This document shows, piece after piece, positions 1 through 11,365 of a DNA stretch of 64,000 nt. A program made the translations under genes and the position numbers. Positions within the stretch are counted from its first letter, which is position 1. Each line of letters starts with the position of its first letter. The DNA comes from an uncultured Nitrospiraceae bacterium. Lineage in GTDB: Bacteria > Nitrospirota > Nitrospiria > Nitrospirales > Nitrospiraceae. The notes beneath the pieces are model-generated. The model had not been told where the DNA came from. It ran no database searches and saw nothing but the letters and a program-made list of their open reading frames with translations. The stretch spans positions 1,088,001 through 1,152,000 of the forward strand of contig CAVSTP010000004.1 in assembly GCA_963730935.1 (NCBI GenBank). Reading direction: 5' to 3'.

Positions 1-1523
1 GGGTAGGACCGTTCTTTGTGCGTAATAAATGACAGGGCGTCCACCGCTTCTCCGTTCAATAGAATGTCCAGCTTGACGAGATCTGACTCCCGATAACCGA
101 GCACCTCGTAATCCAGCGATGCGTATCCCTGCGTCCGCGACTTCAACTTGTCGTAGAAATCGAGGATGACCTCATTGAGCGGCATTTCATAGCTGATCAT
201 CACGCGCGTCGGATCGAGGAAGTGAATGCTGCGCTGGGTTCCCCGGCGTTCCTGGCACAACTGGAGAATCGCTCCCATGTAGCGCTCGGGCGTGATGACC
301 GTGGCGAGAATGAACGGCTCTTCAAATCGTTCGATGCTACTGGGCGGAGGCAACTCCGCCGGATTGTCGATTTCCACCACCTCGCCCTTGGTCGTGGTCA
401 CGCGATAGACGACGGTCGGAGCGGTCGTAATCAGCGTCAGACCGTATTCGCGCTCGAGGCGCTCCTGAATGATTTCCATGTGCAACAACCCCAGGAACCC
501 GCAGCGGAACCCAAATCCGAGCGCCAGGGACGTTTCCGGCTCATAGACAAACGACGAATCGTTGAGGCGCAGTTTAACGAGGGCATCCCGCAAGTCTTCG
601 TATTTTGACGTATCGGTTGAATACAGTCCGCAAAAGACGAGGGGCTTCACTTCCTTGTAGCCCGGAAACGCCTCAGCCGTCGGCTGCACGGCATCAGTAA
701 TGGTGTCTCCGATTTTCACATCGGCGACCTCTTTCATGTTGGCGCACAAATAGCCCACCTCTCCGGTCAACAGTTCCGTTTTCTTCACCCGTTTCGGCGT
801 GAAATGACCGACTTCCATGACCTCGAAGGTCCGGCCGTTCGACATCACTTTGATTTTCATGCCCGGGCGAACGGCGCCATCGACGATGCGGGTCAAGACG
901 ATCACACCCTGGTAGTTGTCGAACCATGAATCGAAAATCAACGCCTTGAACGGCGCATGGGGGTCGCCTGACGGCGGAGGAATCCGCTCGATGATGGCCT
1001 CGAGCACCTCGGGAACCCCACGCCCCTCCTTGGCGCTGATGGGAATCGCATCGCTCGCATCCAGCATCAGCACTTCGGAGATGGAATGCTTGGTGTTCTC
1101 CACGTCGGCGCTGGCCAGATCGATCTTATTGATGACCGGAATAATCACGTGTTTGTTCGCCATCGCGAGATTCACATTGGCGATGGTTTGGGCCTGGACG
1201 CCCTGAGTCGCATCGACCAGCAACAGCGAACCCTCGCAGGCCGCAAGGCTCCGCGAGACCTCGTAGGTAAAGTCGACGTGCCCCGGCGTGTCGATCAGGT
1301 GCAGGGCGTAGGTGTTCCCGTCACTGGCCTTGTATCGGATCGCCACCGCATGGGCCTTGATGGTAATCCCCCGCTCACGCTCCAGATCCATTGCATCGAG
1401 AATCTGGTCCTTGGCCTCACGGGCCGTCACAGCACCAGTGGCTTCAAGGAACCTATCAGCGAGGGTTGATTTGCCGTGATCGATATGGGCGATAATAGAG
1501 AAATTGCGTATGAGGCTTTGCAA
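1..1523 (-). CDS. lepA: Elongation factor 4 (LepA), 3' end runs off the window
   Basis: Manual translation: (TTG)[26 protein letters not shown]...[12 protein letters not shown]...[23 protein letters not shown]...[14 protein letters not shown]. Open to position 1; absent from the ORF track because it has no stop in the window. Confidence 0.97.
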   Translation of the reverse strand, partial: MQSLIRNFSIIAHIDHGKSTLADRFLEATGAVTAREAKDQILDAMDLERERGITIKAHAVAIRYKASDGNTYALHLIDTPGHVDFTYEVSRSLAACEGSLLLVDATQGVQAQTIANVNLAMANKHVIIPVINKIDLASADVENTKHSISEVLMLDASDAIPISAKEGRGVPEVLEAIIERIPPPSGDPHAPFKALIFDSWFDNYQGVIVLTRIVDGAVRPGMKIKVMSNGRTFEVMEVGHFTPKRVKKTELLTGEVGYLCANMKEVADVKIGDTITDAVQPTAEAFPGYKEVKPLVFCGLYSTDTSKYEDLRDALVKLRLNDSSFVYEPETSLALGFGFRCGFLGLLHMEIIQERLEREYGLTLITTAPTVVYRVTTTKGEVVEIDNPAELPPPSSIERFEEPFILATVITPERYMGAILQLCQERRGTQRSIHFLDPTRVMISYEMPLNEVILDFYDKLKSRTQGYASLDYEVLGYRESDLVKLDILLNGEAVDALSFITHKERSY

Positions 1524-1555
1524 ATCCTAGCTCATTTTTTCAATAAAATCGGTTC

Positions 1556-1584
1556 ATTATAGTAACTGCCCCCTGGGTTGTCAA
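1556..1584 (-). promoter_or_regulatory. sigma70 promoter of lepA, perfect consensus
   Basis: Minus strand reads TTGACA (1584-1579), 17 bp spacer, TATAAT (1561-1556). Confidence 0.85.
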
Positions 1585-1606
1585 AGTAAACAGCCCCCCG
1601 TATAAT
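1578..1606 (+). promoter_or_regulatory. sigma70 promoter of bioA
   Basis: TTGTCA (1578-1583), 17 bp spacer, TATAAT (1601-1606). Confidence 0.75.
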
Positions 1607-1681
1607 CCGCGCCGCAACCGCTCCAGCATTGCGTTTTCCTGGCATCGCCCTCGGGAACGGCATCACGGCACCACGACTCCC

Positions 1682-3052
1682 ATGACCAACACAAAAAAGG
1701 CGCCCTCGTTGGGTGACTGGGACCGGCAATATGTGTGGCATCCCTTTACCCAGATGCAGGAGTGGGAACAGGAGGAGCCCATCATCATCGAGCGCGGAAA
1801 AGGTGCGTACTTGATTGACACCGAGGGGAGAACGTATTTGGACGGCACGTCATCCATTTGGGTGAATCTCCATGGGCACCGACACCCCGCGCTCGACCGT
1901 GCGCTCAAGGCCCAAAGCAAACGGATCGCCCACTCCACGCTGCTCGGCCTCTCGAATCCGCCAGCAATCCGTCTCGCGCGGCAGCTGATTGCCGTCGCTC
2001 CGAAAGGACTCACGCGAGTCTTTTACTCGGACGACGGGTCGACGGCCGTTGAAGTGGCGCTCAAAATGGCGGTGCAGTACTGGCAGCAGAGGCGACCGGA
2101 GGCGGGACCCAAGAACCAATTTCTACATTTGAACCTGGCCTATCATGGCGACACGATCGGAGCGGTCAGCGTCGGCAACATCGAGCTGTTTCATACGCGA
2201 TTCCGGCCCTTGCTGTTTCCGACGCAAGCGGCTGATCCTCCGTATTGTTATCGCTGTCCGCTGGCGTTGACCTATCCCGCCTGCCGCCTTGCCTGCCTCG
2301 ACCCCATCGAACGGATCTTGCGGGAACACGGACACGAACTCGCAGGGTTTATCATTGAACCGCTGATCCAGGCGGCCGCAGGCATGATCACCCAGCCTCA
2401 GGGTTACCTGAAACGGGTGAGGGAACTCTGCACGAAGTACGAGGTCCTGCTGATCGCGGATGAAGTGGCCACAGGATTCGGTCGGACGGGAAAGATGTTT
2501 GCGTGTGAACGTGAAGGTGTGACGCCTGACCTGATGGCGCTCAGTAAGGGACTCACGGGCGGGTATCTGCCGCTTGCCGCGACGTTGACGACCGAGGAAA
2601 TTTATCGCGCCTTTTTGGGTAAGTATGAGGAGTGCAAAACATTCTTCCATGGACATAGCTACACCGGCAATCCACTCGGGTGCGCCGTGGCTCTGGCCAA
2701 CCTCGAAATTTTCCGGACCGAGCACACGCTGGCGAAGCTCAAGCCAAAAATTAGCCGTCTCTCTCGGCTGCTCAAGCTCCTCCTTCGACTGCCGCACGTC
2801 GGCGACATCCGCCAGCAAGGCTTCATGGCGGGCATCGAACTCGTGCGTAACCGTACAACGCGAGAGGCGTATCCGCTCGAAGCACGAGTGGGTCATCGCG
2901 TTGCTCAGGAGGCTCGGAAGCGAGGGCTTCTCCTGCGACCGCTCGGCCACATCATCGTCCTGATGCCGCCCTTGTCCGTCAATGTCCGCACGCTGACCCG
3001 CATGGTCAACATTCTCTCCCACTCGATCACCGTCGCCACGCAGCACGATTAG
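1682..3052 (+). CDS. bioA: 7,8-diaminopelargonic acid (DAPA) aminotransferase, class III PLP enzyme
   Basis: VWHPFTQM, DDGSTAVEVALKMA, YHGDT, DEVATGFGRTG, SKGLTGGYLP, HGHSYTGNPL motifs. Confidence 0.95.
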   Translation: MTNTKKAPSLGDWDRQYVWHPFTQMQEWEQEEPIIIERGKGAYLIDTEGRTYLDGTSSIWVNLHGHRHPALDRALKAQSKRIAHSTLLGLSNPPAIRLARQLIAVAPKGLTRVFYSDDGSTAVEVALKMAVQYWQQRRPEAGPKNQFLHLNLAYHGDTIGAVSVGNIELFHTRFRPLLFPTQAADPPYCYRCPLALTYPACRLACLDPIERILREHGHELAGFIIEPLIQAAAGMITQPQGYLKRVRELCTKYEVLLIADEVATGFGRTGKMFACEREGVTPDLMALSKGLTGGYLPLAATLTTEEIYRAFLGKYEECKTFFHGHSYTGNPLGCAVALANLEIFRTEHTLAKLKPKISRLSRLLKLLLRLPHVGDIRQQGFMAGIELVRNRTTREAYPLEARVGHRVAQEARKRGLLLRPLGHIIVLMPPLSVNVRTLTRMVNILSHSITVATQHD

Positions 3053-3122
3053 TCCCTGCACAAAGCGATCCGCCAAGCGCCGTCGAACCCGCTCCCTCCG
3101 ATTCGTCGACCCCGGAAGCCAC

Positions 3123-3920
3123 CTACGACAGTTTGACGGGCTCATGGCGGGTCACGTTGAGCAGCGCGCTTGCGCTCGATTCCTTACAAAAAATTTCCAA
3201 CTGGCCGTCACTGTTGATCAACGCCCGCGCACCATGGTCTCCTTCTGCATAGCAGCGTACGAGGCCATCGATGGAATGGCCGCCAATTCGGATCAGCGGA
3301 TTCGGCCGTTTGGTGATCTCTCGCACCTCCTTCACATGGCGCAAGGACACATTCGTGATGAGATTGCCGAACACATCGACGTAGACCACCTCGCCCACAA
3401 GCGCCGCCTCTTCCCACTGCGGCTGAGTGACCGGAAAGCGGTGGGCATCCGAGACGACGCGGCCGTAGGACACGAACGGTTGTTGTTTGGTGAGCCAGGC
3501 GGCAGCAGGCGCGAAGACGTCCCGACCGTCGAAGGTATGCCCTTCAGTATCAAGCCGATATTGCTTGTTCTCGATCTCCCGGACCTCGACGTCGCCTTCA
3601 TGCTCGAAGACATGTGTCAGCAATCCGTTGTCTGGAGCGCAAAAAAAGTATCGAGAGCTCTTCGCGATCAGAGGACGCCGGTCACTGCCGACTCCAGGAT
3701 CAACGACCGCCACATGGATGGTGCCGTCTGGAAAATACTTGTAGCAAGATTTCCACGCATAGGCGCCGTCCTGGATATCATGGGAGCCGATATGATGGGT
3801 GAGATCGACGATCGTGGCCTGGGGATTGATCGAGAGAATGACCCCCTTCATGCTGGCCACGAACCAATCTCGGTCCCCAAAATCAGTCAGGAGAGTGATG
3901 ATCGAGGCGGGATGCGGCAT
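3123..3920 (-). CDS. SAM hydroxide adenosyltransferase / chlorinase-fluorinase (DUF62) family
   Basis: ITLLTDFG, VAVVDPGVGSDRR, APDNGLL, TFDGRDVFAP, DVFGNLITN motifs. Confidence 0.9.
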   Translation of the reverse strand: MPHPASIITLLTDFGDRDWFVASMKGVILSINPQATIVDLTHHIGSHDIQDGAYAWKSCYKYFPDGTIHVAVVDPGVGSDRRPLIAKSSRYFFCAPDNGLLTHVFEHEGDVEVREIENKQYRLDTEGHTFDGRDVFAPAAAWLTKQQPFVSYGRVVSDAHRFPVTQPQWEEAALVGEVVYVDVFGNLITNVSLRHVKEVREITKRPNPLIRIGGHSIDGLVRCYAEGDHGARALINSDGQLEIFCKESSASALLNVTRHEPVKLS

Positions 3921-3954
3921 GAGAACCGCCTTCTACGGTCGCGGACGACTGAAC

Positions 3955-4431
3955 CTACAATTCCTCAAATTTGATCTCGATGACTTCATACTCGACGGTC
4001 TTGACGGGCGTCTGCACTTCGATAAAGTCGCCGACGCGTTTTCCGATCAACGCCCGGCCGACCGGCGATTGAATCGAGATCCGGTTAAACTTCATGTCGG
4101 CCTCATCCTGGCCGACCAGCGTGTACTGCCGTTTCGCCTGGGATTCCTGTTCGATCACCAATACAGTCGCGCCGAATACGATGGTGTCGGAACTCCGTCC
4201 TGCGATTTCGACGATACGGGCATCCGCCAGCTTGGATTCAATTTCAGCGATGCGCGCCTCGATGAAGCCTTGCCGTTCTTTGGCCGCGTCATACTCCGCG
4301 TTTTCGCTGAGATCCCCATGGGCACGGGCTTCGGCGATGGATTCGATCACTTGCGGCCGCTCCACTTTCCGGAGGCGATCGAGTTCCGTCTTCAGTGCAT
4401 CGTAGCCCTTCTTAGTAATCGGTGTCGGCAT
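3955..4431 (-). CDS. greA: Transcription elongation factor GreA
   Basis: ARAHGDLSENAEYDAAKE and ISIQSPVGRALIGK. Confidence 0.97.
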   Translation of the reverse strand: MPTPITKKGYDALKTELDRLRKVERPQVIESIAEARAHGDLSENAEYDAAKERQGFIEARIAEIESKLADARIVEIAGRSSDTIVFGATVLVIEQESQAKRQYTLVGQDEADMKFNRISIQSPVGRALIGKRVGDFIEVQTPVKTVEYEVIEIKFEEL

Positions 4432-4485
4432 AGGGCGGTTATTCCTCTCGCAGAACGTTGAAAGGGACAGATGGTTCCACTGCTG

Positions 4486-7400
4486 CTATGACCCGCAGTG
4501 GTATTCTTGCAATGAGCGGATCGTCAATTCTTTTTTGAGGATCGCTTCGATACCCATGACAGCGGCGCGTGCTCCCCGCATGGTTGTAAAGTAGGCCAAC
4601 CCTCGATTTAAGGCTTCCCGGCGGATGGACAGCGAGTCGGCATGCGAAGCCGCCGTGCCCACGGTGTTGACGACCAGCGCCACGTCTCCGTTCTTGATAT
4701 GGTCGACGATATGAGGCCGTCCTTCAGTCACTTTGAGTACCGTTTTGGCCTCCACGCCGTTATCGCGCAGATACGCCGCGGTCCCGTTCGTCGCCTGCAC
4801 ATTGAACCCCAGCCTGCGTAGATGTTTCGCCACCTCGAGAGCGGCGGAGCGGTCGTTCTCCTTGACGCTGATAAACGCCGTGCCCGAACTCGGAAGTATT
4901 GCTCCAGCGCCAGCCTGCGATTTGGCGAAGGCCCACCCGAAATCCACATCAATACCCATGACTTCCCCGGTGGATTTCATCTCGGGGCCGAGCAGCACGT
5001 CGACGCCGGGAAATTTGTTGAACGGGAACACGGCTTCCTTGACGGAGAGATGGGCCGGTTGAGGGGCGGCCATGAATCCTAGGTCGTCTAACGTCCGTCC
5101 CACCATCGTTTTCATGGCCAGTTTCGCCAGGGGTACACCGATCGCCTTGCTGACGAACGGAACCGTCCGGGATCCTCGCGGATTGACCTCCAACACATAG
5201 ACTTCACTGTCCTTCACGGCAAATTGCGCATTCATGAGGCCGACCACACCCAGCTCCAACGCCAGTGCCGTCATTTGACGGCGGATCTTTTCGACGACCG
5301 TCTCGTCGAGTGAATAAGGCGGCAGCGAACAGGCGGAGTCGCCTGAGTGCACACCGGCCTCCTCGATATGTTCCATGATACCGGCGACCACCACTCGACG
5401 GCCGTCGCAGATTGCATCCGCATCGACCTCAATGGCGTCGGAGAGATATTTGTCGATCAGCACCGGGTGCTTGTCCGACGCCTTCACTGCCGACCCCATG
5501 TATCCCAGCAAGCCTGCCTCATCGTAGACAATCTGCATCGAGCGTCCCCCCAGCACATAGGACGGCCGCACCATGACGGGGTAGGTGATTTCCGCAGCGA
5601 TCCTCACCGCCTCGCCAACCGACCGCGCAACGCCGCTCTGCGCCTGTTTCAGCCCCAAGATGTTGAGCAGTTCGCGGAAGCGTTCACGATCCTCCGCGCG
5701 ATCGATGGCATCGGGACTGGTGCCTAGGATGGGGACGCCGGCTTTCGAAAGCGGAATGGCGAGTTTGAGGGGCGTTTGACCGCCGAACTGAAGGACGACG
5801 CCCATCGGCTGCTCTCGGTGGACGATGTTCAGGACGTCTTCTTCCGTCAACGGCTCAAAGTACAGCCGGTCGGAGGTGTCGTAATCCGTGCTCACAGTTT
5901 CAGGGTTGCAATTCACCATGATGGTCTCAATGCCTTCGTCCCGCAGCGCCATGGCTGCGTGCACGCAGCAATAGTCGAATTCGATGCCCTGTCCAATCCG
6001 GTTGGGGCCTCCGCCCAGGATAATCACCTTCTTCCGACCGGTCGGGCGCGCCTCGCATTCTCTTCCATAGGTCGAATACAGATAGGGAGTGTGCGCTTCG
6101 AATTCCGCGGCGCAGGTATCCACGCGTTTATACGTGACCGACCGTGCATTCTTCGCCGATCGCGCTGCATGAATCGCCGCAATCGACCACTCGGTGAGAA
6201 ATGCAATACGATTGTCAGAGAATCCTTGCTCTTTGGCCTCCCCGAGTATCGCGCTGTCGAGTGCCGGCGAGGGCTTGGCCGCCTGCTCGACCAATCGCTG
6301 CTCGAACTTCACGATGCCCCGTAACTGTTCTAGGAACCAATTGTCGATTTTCGTAAGCGCGAAGAGGTCTTCATTTGACATCCCCAGCCGCATACCGTCA
6401 GCCAGGTACCAAATTCGCTCGGCAATCGGACTGCGCAATTGCTGACGAACCCGCTCCAGCGCCCCCTGACGGTCAAACCCTTCGGGCACGCCCCGATCAA
6501 TGCCAAGGCGGGACACGAGGCCATTTAAATCGAGCTCCAGTGAACGGATGGCTTTCTGCAACGACTCTTTGAACGTCCGTCCGATGGCCATGACTTCGCC
6601 GACCGATTTCATTTGCGTCGTGAGCGTGGGATCGGCGCCTTTGAATTTCTGAAACGCAAAGCGAGGAATTTTTACCACCACATAATCGATCGTCGGCTCA
6701 AACGACGCTTTCGTCACGCCCGTAATGTCGTTTGTGATTTCGTCTAGGGTGTATCCCACCGCCAGTTTCGCAGCGATCTTCGCGATAGGGAATCCCGTCG
6801 CTTTGGACGCCAATGCCGAACTGCGCGACACGCGGGGATTCATTTCAATGACGACCATTTCGCCGTTATCGGGATCGATACCGAACTGGATGTTCGACCC
6901 GCCCGTCTCGACTCCGATCTCGCGGATGATGCGTAGGGCGGCATCGCGCATGCGTTGATATTCCTTGTCCGTCAAGGTCATGGCCGGCGCAACCGTAATG
7001 CTGTCTCCGGTATGCACGCCCATCGGATCAAGGTTTTCGATCGGACACACGATGACGACGTTGTCCTTCAGGTCCCGCATGACCTCAAGCTCGTACTCCT
7101 TCCATCCGATCAACGACTCTTCGATCAGCACCTGGCTGACGGGACTCATCGCCAAGGCCCACTCGATCAATTTTTCGAATTCTTCACGATTGTAGGCGAT
7201 GTTGCCGCCCGTGCCACCCATAGTGAACGAAGGCCTGATGATGGCCGGAAAGCCTACACGGTCCAGCACACGAATAGCTTCGTCTCGACTGTGCGCCGTC
7301 CCGCTCTCGGGCACTCGCAACCCAATCCGTTGCATCGCCTGCTTGAAAGCGTCGCGATCCTCCGCTTTATGGATGGCGTCCGCAGATGCACCGATCAAGG

Positions 7401-7740
7401 TCACGCCGTATTTCTCCAGCGTCCCCCGCTTGACCAGGCCCATCGTGGCATTGAGCGCCGTTTGCCCTCCCATCGTCGGCAGCAAGGCGTCGGGCCGCTC
7501 GCGTTCGATGACCTTTTCCACAACATCGAGCGTAATCGGTTCCACATAGGTCCGATCCGCCAGTTCAGGGTCCGTCATGATCGTGGCCGGGTTGCTGTTG
7601 ATCAGCACGACCCGATAGCCCTCTTCTTTGAGGGCCTTGCAGGCCTGCGTTCCGGAATAATCGAATTCGCAGGCCTGACCGATCACGATCGGTCCCGACC
7701 CAATCAGCAAGATGTTGTGGATGTCGGTGCGTTTGGGCAT
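4486..7740 (-). CDS. carB: Carbamoyl-phosphate synthase large subunit
   Basis: MPKRTDI...[17 protein letters not shown], duplicated ATP-grasp halves, 1084 aa. Confidence 0.99.
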   Translation of the reverse strand: MPKRTDIHNILLIGSGPIVIGQACEFDYSGTQACKALKEEGYRVVLINSNPATIMTDPELADRTYVEPITLDVVEKVIERERPDALLPTMGGQTALNATMGLVKRGTLEKYGVTLIGASADAIHKAEDRDAFKQAMQRIGLRVPESGTAHSRDEAIRVLDRVGFPAIIRPSFTMGGTGGNIAYNREEFEKLIEWALAMSPVSQVLIEESLIGWKEYELEVMRDLKDNVVIVCPIENLDPMGVHTGDSITVAPAMTLTDKEYQRMRDAALRIIREIGVETGGSNIQFGIDPDNGEMVVIEMNPRVSRSSALASKATGFPIAKIAAKLAVGYTLDEITNDITGVTKASFEPTIDYVVVKIPRFAFQKFKGADPTLTTQMKSVGEVMAIGRTFKESLQKAIRSLELDLNGLVSRLGIDRGVPEGFDRQGALERVRQQLRSPIAERIWYLADGMRLGMSNEDLFALTKIDNWFLEQLRGIVKFEQRLVEQAAKPSPALDSAILGEAKEQGFSDNRIAFLTEWSIAAIHAARSAKNARSVTYKRVDTCAAEFEAHTPYLYSTYGRECEARPTGRKKVIILGGGPNRIGQGIEFDYCCVHAAMALRDEGIETIMVNCNPETVSTDYDTSDRLYFEPLTEEDVLNIVHREQPMGVVLQFGGQTPLKLAIPLSKAGVPILGTSPDAIDRAEDRERFRELLNILGLKQAQSGVARSVGEAVRIAAEITYPVMVRPSYVLGGRSMQIVYDEAGLLGYMGSAVKASDKHPVLIDKYLSDAIEVDADAICDGRRVVVAGIMEHIEEAGVHSGDSACSLPPYSLDETVVEKIRRQMTALALELGVVGLMNAQFAVKDSEVYVLEVNPRGSRTVPFVSKAIGVPLAKLAMKTMVGRTLDDLGFMAAPQPAHLSVKEAVFPFNKFPGVDVLLGPEMKSTGEVMGIDVDFGWAFAKSQAGAGAILPSSGTAFISVKENDRSAALEVAKHLRRLGFNVQATNGTAAYLRDNGVEAKTVLKVTEGRPHIVDHIKNGDVALVVNTVGTAASHADSLSIRREALNRGLAYFTTMRGARAAVMGIEAILKKELTIRSLQEYHCGS

Positions 7741-7746
7741 GAAGCG

Positions 7747-8712
7747 TTAACTGGCCTGAGGCAACGGCCCAATGGCCGGTTTGTATGGTGCGGGAGCCGG
7801 CGGCGGCGTCCCTCCGGCGGCCTGATAATAGCGCATCGCCTCAGGCAGCCAGGTCTCGAGCTGATTGATACGCGTCACGTCGGAGGGATGCGTCGACAGA
7901 AACTCGGGGATCGCGTGTTGCGACCGGAAACACAGTTTATCGATCATCTGTCTGGGACAGCCGCTCATGCGCTCCCAAAAGGGCACCGCCTCCCGGGGAT
8001 CATAGCCGGCTTGCGACATCAACCGCAGGCCGATGTAGTCGGCCTCGGACTCTTGTTTCCGATTGAAGGGCAGCGACACGTTGACCCCATAGGCGCCCAA
8101 CAGTCCTTGAATGGCCCCTCCGCTCGAGTGACCTGAGGCCGCAGCTCCGATCGCGCCAAGTTGCGCAATCTGATCGATGATGCTCCGGCTCATGCGCTCG
8201 ACGCCATGGCGCTGCAACGCATGTGCGATTTCGTGTCCCATCACCGTCGCCAGGCCGGCATCCGTCTTGGTGTGCTTCAGGATGCCCGTGAACACGGCGA
8301 CTTTCCCGCCGGGGAGACAAAAGGCGTTGACCATCCTCTCGTCTTCGATGACGGCGAATTCCCACTGATATTCAGGCTTGTTGGCCACGCTCGCGATTTT
8401 TCGTCCTACGCGCTGGATCTGCTCATTGATCTCAGGGTTTTCGCTCAGGCGTGCTTCACGCAAGACTTCGCGATAGGCGCTCAGACCGAATTGCAACTCC
8501 TTTTCCTCGGAAAAAAAGATCAATTGATCGCGTGCTGTTCCCGGAGCACGGTAGCATCCCGAGAGCGTACCGAGAAGGCCAGCGACCGCACCCGCGCCGA
8601 GGACAGCGTACATCCCGACTGCGGCGTGAGCGCCCCAGGCCAGGATCGCCCGGCGCCCGACGGGACTGTCCAGCATCCGCGAGATCGCCTTATCGTCTGT
8701 CCATTGCGTCAT
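7747..8712 (-). CDS. M48-family zinc metallopeptidase, probable Tat-type lipoprotein
   Basis: NAFCLPGGK, HEIAH zinc motif, ESEADYIG, FLSTHP; N-terminal GRRAIL...LSGC. Confidence 0.88.
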   Translation of the reverse strand: MTQWTDDKAISRMLDSPVGRRAILAWGAHAAVGMYAVLGAGAVAGLLGTLSGCYRAPGTARDQLIFFSEEKELQFGLSAYREVLREARLSENPEINEQIQRVGRKIASVANKPEYQWEFAVIEDERMVNAFCLPGGKVAVFTGILKHTKTDAGLATVMGHEIAHALQRHGVERMSRSIIDQIAQLGAIGAAASGHSSGGAIQGLLGAYGVNVSLPFNRKQESEADYIGLRLMSQAGYDPREAVPFWERMSGCPRQMIDKLCFRSQHAIPEFLSTHPSDVTRINQLETWLPEAMRYYQAAGGTPPPAPAPYKPAIGPLPQAS

Positions 8713-8719
8713 GACTGTC

Positions 8720-9685
8720 CTAGGGCATCCAGAGGTACATGAACTGCGGACTCCCGCCGCGCACGATCGACAGGAGATCCATATTGGCCAAGCTGCTCAG
8801 TCCCGAGCCGCCGCTCAGCACCCGTGAATAGATATTGTTCTGATATTCGCCGTGCCTTCGATACGTCACGATGCGGGCTTCGGTGAGCCCGGCATTTTTC
8901 TTAGCCTTCTCAATTGCCTCATCCAGGTATCCGATGTCGTCAACCAGACCCGCCTCTTTCGCCTGCTCACCGGAATAGATGCGTCCATCGGCGAGCTTTT
9001 TGATTTGATCGGATGAAAGCTGGGGACGTCCAGCCTGGACGACCGCTAAAAATCGTTGATAGAACGAATCGATGACACTTTGAAAAATCGCTTTCTCCTC
9101 CGTCGTCATCGTGCGGAACGGCGAACCCATGTCCTTGCGCGGTCCGGAGGTGATGGCATTGGCTTCCAGGCCGACCTTTTCCAAGAGCCCTCTGGCGTTC
9201 ACCGTCAGCATGATCACGCCGATGCTCCCGGTCACGGTCGACGGATGCACCAAAATCGCGTCAGTCGCCATGGCGAGGTAGTAGCCGCCGGAAGCCGCCA
9301 CATCCATCATCGACGCAATGACGGGAATTTTCTTGTTGGCTTTGAAGGTCTTGAGTTCGTGATACAGAATATCCGACGCGTTGACGGTCCCCCCTGGGCT
9401 GTTAATGCGCAGGACCACCGCCTTCACTTTGTCGTCCTTCGACGCCTTGGTCAACTCCTCCTTGAACGTCGCGAGCAGATTGGGCTGCGGCAGCAACCCC
9501 TCCTTTTCTTGCGAACTGATGACGCCGGATAGGTCCATGAGCAGGACCTTGCTGTCGCCCGACCCTGCCAACTGCACTTCCTGCACGGGTCCGGGCGGCT
9601 CGAGGAGATTCACCGTTATGCACCCCGGTAAAAGCAGTATCGGCATCAGCACCGCAAGCACAAGCATCCGCTGCATCTTAGCCAT
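8720..9685 (-). CDS. sppA: Signal peptide peptidase SppA (S49, short form), lipoprotein
   Basis: [29 protein letters not shown] motifs; lipobox LPGC. Confidence 0.92.
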   Translation of the reverse strand: MAKMQRMLVLAVLMPILLLPGCITVNLLEPPGPVQEVQLAGSGDSKVLLMDLSGVISSQEKEGLLPQPNLLATFKEELTKASKDDKVKAVVLRINSPGGTVNASDILYHELKTFKANKKIPVIASMMDVAASGGYYLAMATDAILVHPSTVTGSIGVIMLTVNARGLLEKVGLEANAITSGPRKDMGSPFRTMTTEEKAIFQSVIDSFYQRFLAVVQAGRPQLSSDQIKKLADGRIYSGEQAKEAGLVDDIGYLDEAIEKAKKNAGLTEARIVTYRRHGEYQNNIYSRVLSGGSGLSSLANMDLLSIVRGGSPQFMYLWMP

Positions 9686-10850
9686 TCGATTTCTCCATCA
9701 GCTGTACGAATTCGGTAAACAGATACGCCGAATCGTGTGGTCCCGGCGAGGCTTCGGGGTGATATTGTACCGAAAACACCGGCTGATCCATACAGGCCAA
9801 GCCCTCGATCGACCGGTCGTTTAAACTCATATGGGTCACGGCCGCTTTGCCGAATGCCGTCTCAATGACGGGAGGATGCTCGGGAACCGCCTCGCCGGAC
9901 CCGGGAACCTGCACGGCAAAGTTGTGGTTCTGCGACGTGATTTCGACCTTCCTCGTCCGGAGGTTCATCACGGGGTGATTGGCACCATGATGGCCGAACT
10001 TCAACTTGTAGGTCTTCAGTCCAAGCGCGAGGCCAAGAATCTGATGACCAAGGCAGATGCCGAATATCGGTCGACGGCCGATCAACCGGCGCATCGCCTC
10101 GACCGCGTAGGCCACCGCCTCGGGATCACCAGGCCCATTCGAGAGAAAAATCCCGTCGGGCTTGAGCGCTTCCACTTGCGACGCGGTAGTGGAGGCTGGC
10201 ACCACATGCACCTCACAGCCGACGTCGATGAGACGACGTAAGATGTTCTGCTTGACACCGAAGTCGTAGGCGACGACCTTCCACCGGCGCGTGTGACGCG
10301 TGACTCCGGCTTCCAACTCTGGTATCCATTCACCTGAGCCATTGCTCCAATCATAGCTCGTCTGGCAAGTCACCTCTGCCGCCAGATCCCTTCCGATCAT
10401 GCTGGGCGCCTGACGGGCCTTGTCCACCGCTCGCTGCGGGTGAGCTTCTAGATGCGAGATGACGCCCTGCTGCGAGCCATATTCACGTAGATGGCGGGTG
10501 AGCGCTCGGGTATCCAGGCCTTCGATGCCGACAATCTTCGCCGCCTTCAAGTAACCATGCAGGCCCTGCTTGCTTCGCCAATTGCTGTCCCGTTCACTCG
10601 CCTCCTTAACCACAAAGCCTTCAGCCCAAATACGGGTCGACTCGACGTCCTCCGGCGTAACCCCATAGTTGCCGATGTGCGGAGAGGTCATGGTGATGAT
10701 CTGTCCTTTATAGGAAGGATCGGTCAGGACCTCCTGGTAGCCCGTCATGGCCGTATTGAAGACCACCTCGCCGACGGCTTCCCCTTCAAATCCAAGAGGG
10801 CGCCCTTCGAAGACTGTTCCGTCCGCCAAGGCTAACAACGCCTTTTTCAC
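9678..10850 (-). CDS. carA: Carbamoyl-phosphate synthase small subunit
   Basis: [41 protein letters not shown]. Confidence 0.99.
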   Translation of the reverse strand: MKKALLALADGTVFEGRPLGFEGEAVGEVVFNTAMTGYQEVLTDPSYKGQIITMTSPHIGNYGVTPEDVESTRIWAEGFVVKEASERDSNWRSKQGLHGYLKAAKIVGIEGLDTRALTRHLREYGSQQGVISHLEAHPQRAVDKARQAPSMIGRDLAAEVTCQTSYDWSNGSGEWIPELEAGVTRHTRRWKVVAYDFGVKQNILRRLIDVGCEVHVVPASTTASQVEALKPDGIFLSNGPGDPEAVAYAVEAMRRLIGRRPIFGICLGHQILGLALGLKTYKLKFGHHGANHPVMNLRTRKVEITSQNHNFAVQVPGSGEAVPEHPPVIETAFGKAAVTHMSLNDRSIEGLACMDQPVFSVQYHPEASPGPHDSAYLFTEFVQLMEKSNG

Positions 10851-11365
10851 GCCGGCATCCCTTCCTGTTGTAAAGATCGCTTCGTTTTGAGCACCAGTAA
10901 CCAGATCCCCAGCAGCATGTTCACAACATACAATGACCGTATGGGCTTATGAAGCCGAAAAAAAGCCTCGAAAGCGGCTTTCTTCGCCTGCTCGTCCTTG
11001 AGGCCAAACGCTTCAGCCTGCAAGGCTGCGGCCTGCGGATGCAGCACCAGAATGATCAAGCCGGCAAGGCCTCCCATGGCGCTCACCAGGATCCATTCAG
11101 TGCGGCTCACCCTGGGGGCGGCTTCCCCTCGCCATTCCCGGCACCCCATGGCACCTAGGAGTACGATCAGTGCGACGACAACAAGACGGTTATATCCTTC
11201 AAACGCCCTCGTCAGAAAAAAGCCGCCGGATTCCTGCCCTCCCCATGTATTGAAGACCGCTGGGATGACGGCGCCCACCAATACAATCAAGCCTCCGACC
11301 CACACGCCGAGCGCCGAGAACTCAAGACTCAACAAGCAGACCGTTCCCCATCCGGCACGCTTCAC
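10847..11365 (-). CDS. Four-TM membrane protein, DUF4149/TMEM205-like
   Basis: WVGG...VIPAVF, four hydrophobic segments, FFRLH near the C-terminus; 4-bp overlaps with both neighbours. Confidence 0.7.
   Translation of the reverse strand: MKRAGWGTVCLLSLEFSALGVWVGGLIVLVGAVIPAVFNTWGGQESGGFFLTRAFEGYNRLVVVALIVLLGAMGCREWRGEAAPRVSRTEWILVSAMGGLAGLIILVLHPQAAALQAEAFGLKDEQAKKAAFEAFFRLHKPIRSLYVVNMLLGIWLLVLKTKRSLQQEGMPA

Noticed and set aside
222..1469. Several + strand ORFs in the ORF track
   Set aside because: They are antisense shadows of lepA, which occupies the minus strand.
3123..3920. Fluorinase or chlorinase natural-product pathway
   Set aside because: Housekeeping context with no biosynthetic cluster; most DUF62 members are SAM hydrolases.
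2123..3974. 340-aa minus ORF and 276-aa plus ORF
   Set aside because: Fully antisense to bioA and the DUF62 gene, with no recognisable motifs.
6955..8136. 393-aa + strand ORF
   Set aside because: Antisense shadow of carB and the M48 gene, expected in GC-rich coding DNA.
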